A stretch of DNA of 56,130 nucleotides, from assembly GCA_003542615.1 (NCBI GenBank), contig DPKG01000001.1, forward strand, positions 1 to 56,130, in the 5' to 3' direction. Both the position numbers and the translations under genes were made by a program. This document shows positions 49,567-56,130 of this stretch, in pieces; position 1 is the first letter of the stretch, and each line of letters opens with the position of its first letter. The notes beneath the pieces are model-generated. The model was not told the DNA's origin. It worked only from the letters and a program-made list of their open reading frames with translations, and made no database searches. Source of the stretch: Candidatus Shapirobacteria bacterium (GTDB lineage Bacteria > Patescibacteriota > Microgenomatia > UBA12405).

Positions 49567-49620
49567 TGTTTTAAAAACACACCACCCCGGTCGAAGCATC
49601 GGGATAGTACCTTTTTACAT

Positions 49621-49695
49621 GGTGGTATTAGCTCAATTGGTTAGAGCGCAGCTCTGTGAAAGCTGAGGTTGCCGGTTCAAGTCCGGTATACCACC
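49621..49695 (+). tRNA. tRNA-His (anticodon GTG) with encoded G-1
   Basis: Hand-folded: G-1 plus acceptor GTGGTAT/ATACCAC plus discriminator C, anticodon arm CAGCT-CTGTGAA-AGCTG, T arm GCCGG-TTCAAGT-CCGGT. Confidence 0.88.
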
Positions 49696-49810
49696 CATCA
49701 GTCTCCGCCGTAGCTTCGGCGTAGGCGACCCCAAATTATGAAAATAATTTATATCAATAACCATCATACTCATACCGTGGCCCAAAACCCGCGGGGTATT
49801 TTTGGTGCCA

Positions 49811-49838
49811 TTTCATCCTGAGCCTGTAAAAAGGATCT
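49811..49838 (+). repeat. Degenerate copy of the TCATCCTGA...GGATC hairpin repeat (copy 3 of 3)
   Basis: tttcatcctgagcctgtaaaaaggatct. Confidence 0.4.
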
Positions 49839-49853
49839 CTCTTAATTTTTCGA

Positions 49854-49877
49854 ATCCCCGCCCGCGGGGATTTTTTT
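49854..49877 (+). terminator. Rho-independent terminator between tRNA-His and the M20 peptidase gene
   Basis: atccccg-cccg-cggggat followed by tttttt. Confidence 0.7.
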
Positions 49878-49903
49878 CCCAAAAAATAATATTTAAACAA
49901 AAA

Positions 49904-50983
49904 ATGAAAAATAAAATCATAAATTTAACCCAAGATCTGATCTCCATCCCCTCTTGGGTCGACAATCAAACTAATGAAATTAAAATCAATCAATTTATTT
50001 TTAATTATCTAAAACAAAACAGTCAGCTCACTGTAATTAAACAACAAGTAAATAAAGATCGTTTTAATATTCTGGCTTCTAACTCTACTAAAATTCAGAC
50101 TTTAATAATTGGTCACACTGATACAGTTGGTATCAATCAAGGCTGGACGACTGATCCGATCAAACCCATTATTAAAAATGGAAAATTATTTGGCCGAGGG
50201 GCTACTGATATGAAAAGCGGTCTAGCCGCCATGATCCTGCTTGCTTGTCAAAAAAAACTTCCAGATAATTTAGGCTTCCTCTTCTACGTAGATGAGGAAT
50301 ATAACTTTGTTGGTATCAAAAAATTTATAAATGATTTTGGTACCAAAATAAAGCCAAAATCAATAATTTCTCTTGACGGCTCGGAATTAAAAATTGCCAA
50401 CGGCTGCCGTGGATTAATTGAAATTTCAGCTACTATCGGGGGTGTCAGTTGTCACGCCGCTACTCCTCAAAATGGTATTAATGCCATTGAAGTCGCAACT
50501 AAGTCAATCGAAAAATTAAAAGACTATTTGTCCCAATTTAAGAATCCTGAATTGGGCAATACCACCATAAACTTAGCTCTAATTCAAGGCGGAAAAGCTG
50601 CCAATGTGGTCCCCGACAGTTGCCAAATAATTCTGGACATTCGTCCCAGTAAAAAAGAAATTAATGCCAACTTTATTATTAAACAATTAAAACTTTTTAT
50701 CTCTCAACAAGGTGGTAATTTAATCGATTTTCAAATAAAATTTAACTTTGGTTCCTGGTTAACTCCCAAATCAAAACTAATAAATTTGGGACTAAATTTT
50801 AAAGAGATCAATTCCTCTGGATTCATCGATATCCAATTACTTTGGCAGGCTTTTAAGCAACCTAAATGTCTAACCATCGGTGCCGGCACTCAAGGTACCG
50901 CTCACACCTCCAATGAATACGTTGAAATTAAAAAATTAATACAATTAGAAACCGTTCTTTCCGATATTATTAAAAAAATTTAA
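49904..50983 (+). CDS. M20-family metallopeptidase (ArgE/DapE-like)
   Basis: IGHTDTV, GRGATDMKSG and DEE metal/catalytic motifs. I prefer the ATG at 49904 (MKNKIINLTQDLISIPS). The track start at 49802 runs through a terminator hairpin. Confidence 0.8.
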   Translation: MKNKIINLTQDLISIPSWVDNQTNEIKINQFIFNYLKQNSQLTVIKQQVNKDRFNILASNSTKIQTLIIGHTDTVGINQGWTTDPIKPIIKNGKLFGRGATDMKSGLAAMILLACQKKLPDNLGFLFYVDEEYNFVGIKKFINDFGTKIKPKSIISLDGSELKIANGCRGLIEISATIGGVSCHAATPQNGINAIEVATKSIEKLKDYLSQFKNPELGNTTINLALIQGGKAANVVPDSCQIILDIRPSKKEINANFIIKQLKLFISQQGGNLIDFQIKFNFGSWLTPKSKLINLGLNFKEINSSGFIDIQLLWQAFKQPKCLTIGAGTQGTAHTSNEYVEIKKLIQLETVLSDIIKKI

Positions 50984-51000
50984 AATGTTAAAATAAACCT

Positions 51001-52242
51001 ATGAAAAACACACCTCAAACACTCAAGGGATTTCGGGATTTTTTACCCGAGGATATGATCATCCGTAATTACGTCAAAAATATTTTTATTGAAGTTTTTG
51101 AAAATTTTGGATTTCAACCTTTAGAAACTCCAACTTTGGAATATCTGTCTACCTTAACCGGTAAATACGGTTCAGATGCCGACAAACTTTTATATTCCTT
51201 TACCGACAAAGGCGACCGTCAAGTCGGACTCAGATATGATCTTACTGTCCCCGCGGCCAAAATCTTAGCCATGTATTCCAACACCATCTCTTTACCCTTC
51301 AAAAGATATCAAATTCAAAATATTTTTCGTGCCGAAAAACCTCAAAAAGGTCGCTACCGTGAAGTCATGCAATGTGATATCGACACCTTCGGCACAAACT
51401 CTCCTACCGCTGATGCCGAAATAATTGCTGTAATCTACACTATTTTAAATAAATTAAAATTTTCCAAGTACTCCATCAAAATAAATTCCCGTCAAGTTCT
51501 CTTCGATATTTTAGAAAAATCAAATATCAAAAATAACCAAAATTCGGTATTTCAATCTCTCGATAAATTCCAAAAAATAGGCCAGGATGGAGTAAATAAA
51601 GAGCTCATTTCAAAAGGACTTTCCAATAATCAAATAGCTTCAATTTTTGAGTATATCAAAACAGCTCAACCGGACCAAAATCTTAAAGATATCTTCGACC
51701 TTTTAAAAAATTATGGTATCCCCGACTCTGCTTTCCAGTTTGATCCCACCATGGTCCGTGGTCTCGATTACTACACCGATACAATTTTTGAAACCTATGT
51801 TGAAGAACCAAAAATTGGTTCTGTCACCGGCGGTGGCCGTTACAATAATTTAGTAAAAACACTTGGCGGCCCGGACATTCCTGCCGTCGGTACTACCATC
51901 GGACTTGATCGTATTTGTGATGTCATCACCGAACTCAATCTGCTGCCAAATCTTCCAAAAACTATTACTAAAGTCATGGTGGCCAATCTCGGTCTGGAAA
52001 CTCAAAATCAAGCTCTCTCACTATCCTCGAATCTCCGTCAAAACAATATTGCCACCGTATTCTATCCAGACCCCGAAAAACTAGGTAAACAAATTAAATA
52101 TGCCCTATCCTTAAATATTCCTTATCTAGCCATCATTGGTACCGACGAAGCCGCCCAAAACAAAATAACTTTAAAAAACTTAACCAGTCAACAACAACAA
52201 TTATTAAGTCTCGAAGAAATTATTGATATCCTAAAGCGATGA
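51001..52242 (+). CDS. hisS: Histidyl-tRNA synthetase
   Basis: LKGFRDFLPEDM, RYDLTVP, FRAEKPQKGRYREVMQCD, GGGRYN. Confidence 0.92.
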   Translation: MKNTPQTLKGFRDFLPEDMIIRNYVKNIFIEVFENFGFQPLETPTLEYLSTLTGKYGSDADKLLYSFTDKGDRQVGLRYDLTVPAAKILAMYSNTISLPFKRYQIQNIFRAEKPQKGRYREVMQCDIDTFGTNSPTADAEIIAVIYTILNKLKFSKYSIKINSRQVLFDILEKSNIKNNQNSVFQSLDKFQKIGQDGVNKELISKGLSNNQIASIFEYIKTAQPDQNLKDIFDLLKNYGIPDSAFQFDPTMVRGLDYYTDTIFETYVEEPKIGSVTGGGRYNNLVKTLGGPDIPAVGTTIGLDRICDVITELNLLPNLPKTITKVMVANLGLETQNQALSLSSNLRQNNIATVFYPDPEKLGKQIKYALSLNIPYLAIIGTDEAAQNKITLKNLTSQQQQLLSLEEIIDILKR

Positions 52243-53165
52243 CCAAAAAGTTTTCTTTGGCATTTACCTTGGTTGAAATAATAATTATAATTACAATTTT
52301 AGCGGTACTTACCGTTGGTGTACTTGCTCTTATTAACCCTGTAGAACAAAGAGCTAAAGGTAAAGATTCCGGCACCTACTCCCTCACCAATCAAATACTA
52401 TCTGCCTTCGACCGCTACTATCTTACCCGCAGAGCCCTACCCTACTCAGAAGACATCACCTCAACCTCTCTCACTTTATCTCCCGCATCCTCAACAATTT
52501 CAATTTTAACTTCACAGGAAGAATTGAAAGCATCTCTCTTAAACTCTCCATCCATTCAACCAATTTTACTAACCTCTTATCTTGATCCTGTTAGCTACCA
52601 TCTTTGTTTCAGACCCGCATCAAAAAATTTTCGGGAAAACAGTCAACTTTGTATTTATAATTCCGACGGATCCAAACAAGACACCCCCGATCCAAACAGC
52701 TGCTACCTCTGCACTGCCAGTATTCCCCAACAAAATCGGCCTGTAACTGCTCTGACCACCCTTGCTCCCACAATTGTCCCCACCCCCGCCGACCCCTGCG
52801 ACCAGGATCCGGATTTCCCTCACTACCCAACTACCAGTATGTATCTGGACGACCAATTTTTAGAATATGGCTGTGACCGTTTTAGTGTCCTCGATCGTAG
52901 CTGTTTGGAAAGTACCTGGTCTTCCTTGAACACCGAATGTGATACTTACTGTCAACCCGGCCAACGCTGCCTAATCAAACAATACACCTCTACTACTGTC
53001 AATTTTATTGATTTTATCAACTGCCTGACTCATTCCCAGGATGCCCGACAATATTATTGTACCGACGAACCCTATTCAAATTGCATCAATCATCCCGAAC
53101 TTTCCTCCGACCTTGACTTCGATTATGGCTGTAGTAATCCCATGCGACCTTATCAATGGAAATAA
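52239..53165 (+). CDS. Orphan prepilin-like protein with a Cys-rich C-terminal domain
   Basis: MTKKFSLA|FTLVEIIIIITILAVLTVGVLALINPVEQRAKGKD has Ala at -1 and Glu at +5. The INPxEQ block is shared with the pilin at 18477-19190. It has 14 Cys and an ATGA overlap with the hisS stop. Confidence 0.65.
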   Translation: MTKKFSLAFTLVEIIIIITILAVLTVGVLALINPVEQRAKGKDSGTYSLTNQILSAFDRYYLTRRALPYSEDITSTSLTLSPASSTISILTSQEELKASLLNSPSIQPILLTSYLDPVSYHLCFRPASKNFRENSQLCIYNSDGSKQDTPDPNSCYLCTASIPQQNRPVTALTTLAPTIVPTPADPCDQDPDFPHYPTTSMYLDDQFLEYGCDRFSVLDRSCLESTWSSLNTECDTYCQPGQRCLIKQYTSTTVNFIDFINCLTHSQDARQYYCTDEPYSNCINHPELSSDLDFDYGCSNPMRPYQWK

Positions 53166-53191
53166 TCGGATAAACCAAAATTAGATATATT

Positions 53192-53200
53192 TGATATAAT
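53192..53200 (+). promoter_or_regulatory. Extended -10 element TGATATAAT 8 nt upstream of the rpmE ATG
   Basis: TGnTATAAT at 53192-53200; ATG at 53209. Confidence 0.4.
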
Positions 53201-53208
53201 AACTAACT

Positions 53209-53469
53209 ATGAAACAAGGAATTCATCCACAATACAACCAAGTCCAAGTTACCTGTGCCTGTGGTAATAAATTTACCACCGGTTCTACTTTGGATAAAAT
53301 TGAAGTCGAAGTCTGTTCGGCATGCCATCCCTTCTTTACCGGTCAACAAAAATTTGTTGATACCAAAGGAAGAATCGATAAATTCATGGAAAAAGTCGAA
53401 AAGGGAAAAGTCTACAAAGCTGCCAAGGCTGCCAAAAAATCAGCCAAGAAAACTAAAAAATCTAAATAA
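53209..53469 (+). CDS. rpmE: 50S ribosomal protein L31 (Zn-ribbon type)
   Basis: [27 protein letters not shown]...[10 protein letters not shown]. Confidence 0.92.
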   Translation: MKQGIHPQYNQVQVTCACGNKFTTGSTLDKIEVEVCSACHPFFTGQQKFVDTKGRIDKFMEKVEKGKVYKAAKAAKKSAKKTKKSK

Positions 53470-53496
53470 CGGGTTATTTTATAACTTATTTAGCTT

Positions 53497-54198
53497 ATGC
53501 CGAATATAAATCCAAACATTGCCATCATGGAGTTTCGTCCCGGACCCGGAGGTCAGGAATCTGCCATTTGGCTGGGAGATTTACAAAACATGTACGTCCG
53601 TTATGCCAACAAAGTTGGCTGGAAAGTATCCCAAGTCGATGACAATGTTATCCAAATATCCGGATACGATGCCTTCAACCAACTAAAATGGGAAACAGGC
53701 ACCCATCGGGTTCAACGAGTTCCCGTTACCGAAAAGAAAGGCCGCATTCACACCTCAACCGCTGCCATTGTTGTTTTACCTCAAATTAGTTCTAAAGACA
53801 TTGAGATCAATCCAAACGACCTGGAAATCACCGCTGCCAGAGCCGGCGGCCATGGTGGTCAAAACGTCAACAAAGTTTCCACCGCCGTTCGTCTTATCTA
53901 TAAACCTATTGGTTTAAATATTTTTGTCCGCCAGGAACGTTCTCAACAACAAAACCGGGAAATTGCCATGGATATTTTAAGATCCAAACTTTGGCAAATT
54001 GAAGAAGAAAAAAGATCCAACCAGGTCGGATCAGCCCGATCTGCTATTGGCCAAGCGCTCCGTGCCGATAAAATCCGAACTTACAATTATGCCCGTAATC
54101 AGGTCAAAGATCACCGTATCGACAAATCATTTAACCTGGACAAAATCCTCGCCGGCGATTTGAAAGATATGCTTTTGGAACTCACCGTCCTCGACTAA
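53497..54198 (+). CDS. prfA: Peptide chain release factor 1-like protein lacking the N-terminal domain (233 aa)
   Basis: RF1-type tripeptide region [18 protein letters not shown] and GGQ motif [18 protein letters not shown]. The ORF begins at the region equivalent to domain 2 ([18 protein letters not shown]). Upstream is the rpmE stop, only 27 nt away. Confidence 0.8.
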   Translation: MPNINPNIAIMEFRPGPGGQESAIWLGDLQNMYVRYANKVGWKVSQVDDNVIQISGYDAFNQLKWETGTHRVQRVPVTEKKGRIHTSTAAIVVLPQISSKDIEINPNDLEITAARAGGHGGQNVNKVSTAVRLIYKPIGLNIFVRQERSQQQNREIAMDILRSKLWQIEEEKRSNQVGSARSAIGQALRADKIRTYNYARNQVKDHRIDKSFNLDKILAGDLKDMLLELTVLD

Positions 54199-54554
54199 AC
54201 ACTTCTGATCTCAATATCATGCCTCAATAATCGTTTATTGACTATTCCAAGTCTTTGACCTGGAAACAGTGTTACATTTATTGTTTCAGAAGTTGCTTGT
54301 CCGGAAATTTCTATGGGACTATTTGGTTCTCTTGCACTAACTTGAAATTTCGCACCCCGGGATAATGAAACGACGCCCAACGACACCCTTCCTTCTTCAA
54401 TATCCGCAACACCACCAACGCTTGTTACCCTTTTAAAATCCGTAGGCAACAATTCCCAACCTTCACTTTGTAATTGATCACGCGTTACTGTTTCACCATC
54501 TTTAATTATTCGGGTTCTTAATGGATCTGTATTTATACGTTCCAGTATTATCAT
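54195..54554 (-). CDS. Hypothetical 119-aa protein
   Basis: ORF only. It overlaps the convergent prfA end by 4 nt. No family recognised. Confidence 0.4.
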   Translation of the reverse strand: MIILERINTDPLRTRIIKDGETVTRDQLQSEGWELLPTDFKRVTSVGGVADIEEGRVSLGVVSLSRGAKFQVSAREPNSPIEISGQATSETINVTLFPGQRLGIVNKRLLRHDIEIRSV

Positions 54555-54601
54555 ATATATTATTACAAACCTATAACAACTTTATTATAACAAATATATT
54601 C

Positions 54602-55783
54602 TTACTGACTTCTTTTTTCCAATGTAACTGTTACCGACTGTTCTTTCCCGTCTCTCCACAATTTTATCTCAACCTTATCCCCTATTTTTCTTTTATTTAT
54701 CAACTCAATTAGTGAAGTATCACTGCTATCTGTCAATTTATTTCCACCAATTTCCGTAATAATATCCCCTATTTTAATTCCTGCCTTTTCCGCCGGAGAA
54801 CCGGATATCACCTCCGAAACATATGCTCCCTGAGGTACTTCATTCAATAATGCCGATTGTTTGGTAATTTGTTTATAGGCTACCCCGATATATGGCCGCT
54901 CAAATTCCCCCGTAGTCTTGAAATTATTTATCGAATCTTTAACTATATTTATCGGTAAGGCAAATCCGATATTTTGTCCTTGTTGTGACACCGCTACATT
55001 TACTCCGATAACTTTTCCCGAAGTATCAAACAATGGTCCGCCGGAATTCCCCGGATTAATCGCGGCATCAGTTTGAATTACATTATCCAATTTTTCTGAA
55101 CCTTCAAATGGTGATCCGGCTGTAATCCCCCTACCCAACCCGGAAATCACTCCCGTCGTCACCGTCGACCTAAACTCACCCAAGGCCGTTCCTATCGCAA
55201 TTACCGTCTGTCCCACTTTTAATTTCCCCGAATCACCCAGCTCCACCGTTTTCAAATTATTCTTTTTTACCTTCAATATCGCCAAATCATTAACCGGATC
55301 CCGATAAATTTCCGTCACCTCAACCACTTCTTCCTTACCTATCACCACTCTATATTTTGCCGATGTATCCGACACTACATGCTTATTGGTTACTATCAGA
55401 CCATCGGAACTTATAATAAATCCCGTGCCAATATCCTGTTCAATTTGTTGTGTCTCAATTTGAGTATCACCCGGAATTCCAAAAAAATTTCCAAAAAAAT
55501 CAAATCCAAAAGGATTATTATTTTGTACCTGAGTTTTACTGATTGATACCGTCACTACACTGGGAGTTGCCCTCTCTACCACTGAAGTTACCACTGATTC
55601 CTGATCCAAAACCTCTTGTTTTAACACCGCACTACCTCCGACAGACCCCATCCTCGAAACAAAATTATCCACCAAAGCAATTCCCTTAATTCGGTCAATC
55701 ACCGCTCCGGTCAATATTGCTCCGGTCAATAAAAATCCCAAAAATAACCCGACCAAAAAGATTTTTAATGTATTTAATTTCAT
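54602..55783 (-). CDS. htrA: HtrA/DegP-family serine protease with a PDZ domain
   Basis: N-terminal TM, catalytic TNKHV, D, and GNSGGPL, then a C-terminal PDZ domain (GAYVSEVISGSPAEKAGIKIGDIITEI). Confidence 0.9.
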   Translation of the reverse strand: MKLNTLKIFLVGLFLGFLLTGAILTGAVIDRIKGIALVDNFVSRMGSVGGSAVLKQEVLDQESVVTSVVERATPSVVTVSISKTQVQNNNPFGFDFFGNFFGIPGDTQIETQQIEQDIGTGFIISSDGLIVTNKHVVSDTSAKYRVVIGKEEVVEVTEIYRDPVNDLAILKVKKNNLKTVELGDSGKLKVGQTVIAIGTALGEFRSTVTTGVISGLGRGITAGSPFEGSEKLDNVIQTDAAINPGNSGGPLFDTSGKVIGVNVAVSQQGQNIGFALPINIVKDSINNFKTTGEFERPYIGVAYKQITKQSALLNEVPQGAYVSEVISGSPAEKAGIKIGDIITEIGGNKLTDSSDTSLIELINKRKIGDKVEIKLWRDGKEQSVTVTLEKRSQ

Positions 55784-55842
55784 ATTTTTTAAATAAACCT
55801 TATTACTTTATTATAAAACAAAAGCTGATTTTTTCCTGAATT

Positions 55843-56130
55843 TCATTCCTCCAAAAGCACTTCCATTGCCTTATCCAATTGATTATCCACCGGTTCTTCA
55901 CCCTCTTTTAGCTCACCAAAATCCAAAATAACTTCTACATCAGGTTTTACCCCTACTTCATGAATATTATTTCCGTTGGGTAGTAACCACTTGGCAATAG
56001 TCACATGTAATCCCGATCCATCAGGAAAATCTTCCGGCTGCTGAACCGTACCTTTACCAAAACTCTTTTCTCCAACCAATTTTGCCCGCTTATAATCTTT
56101 TAATGCTCCCGCCAATATTTCAGATGCCGA
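55843..56130 (-). CDS. S41 C-terminal processing peptidase, C-terminal part (partial; 5' end beyond the window end)
   Basis: The reading frame is open to the window edge: SASEILAGALKDYKRAKLVGEKSFGKGTVQ is the S41 catalytic-region signature. Confidence 0.8.
   Translation of the reverse strand, partial: SASEILAGALKDYKRAKLVGEKSFGKGTVQQPEDFPDGSGLHVTIAKWLLPNGNNIHEVGVKPDVEVILDFGELKEGEEPVDNQLDKAMEVLLEE

Noticed and set aside
49802-49903. N-terminal extension of the M20 peptidase ORF (track start at 49802)
   Set aside because: The extension would translate through the TCATCCTGA repeat and an intrinsic terminator hairpin with a T-run. The internal ATG at 49904 gives a normal M20 N-terminus.

Overview
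This is an AT-rich, very gene-dense bacterial chromosome fragment. It uses the standard genetic code: TGA closes rpmF, pilN and hisS, and the track ORFs are full length. Gene content and style suggest a small-genome Patescibacteria/CPR-like organism. That is inference from the sequence only; no search was run.

Layout:
- 1-731 (-): 5' part of a class A PBP gene.
- 952-4982 (+): recG, rpmF (hand-found), nusB, rnc, rpsP and a KH-domain protein.
- 4986-23304 (-): a 20-gene type IV pilus block. In transcription order it holds pilB, pilT, pilC, a long-leader pilin with its own terminator, pilD, eight more prepilin-like genes, a lipoprotein, a TM protein, a 1083-aa Cys-rich secreted protein, a PilX-like protein, then pilM, pilN and pilO. 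No secretin is recognisable.
- 23352-39462 (+): holB, fic, ligA, pth, tRNA-Ala, a MacAB-like efflux trio, a membrane protein with a HEPN-like protein, a ferredoxin, a DsbA-like protein, a SpoU methyltransferase, gyrB and gyrA.
- 39463-41606: a tyrosine recombinase inside about 1.2 kb of AT-rich, repeat-bearing non-coding DNA.
- 41607-48106 (-, with tRNA-Leu on +): a membrane protein, yebC, a LytR_C protein, rluD-like, lspA, a dksA/traR-like protein, a membrane protein, dnaB and a hypothetical protein.
- 48150-54198 (+): two secreted hypotheticals, a possible sRNA, tRNA-His, an M20 peptidase, hisS, an orphan Cys-rich pilin, rpmE and a short RF1.
- 54195-56130 (-): a hypothetical protein, htrA and a partial S41 protease.

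Most interesting observations:
- The Cys-rich candidate pilus adhesin and its uncharacterised neighbours.
- A G/C-rich hairpin repeat family with copies inserted in frame in pilD and ligA. One intergenic copy supplies a -35 box.
- Over-represented (A/G/T)TAGGGGA(G/T) oligomers.
- The recombinase island.
- An N-terminally truncated RF1.
- A HEPN-like RNxxxH protein.
- -10 boxes sitting almost on start codons, with no Shine-Dalgarno at the starts I inspected.

No rRNA, CRISPR array or transposase was seen.
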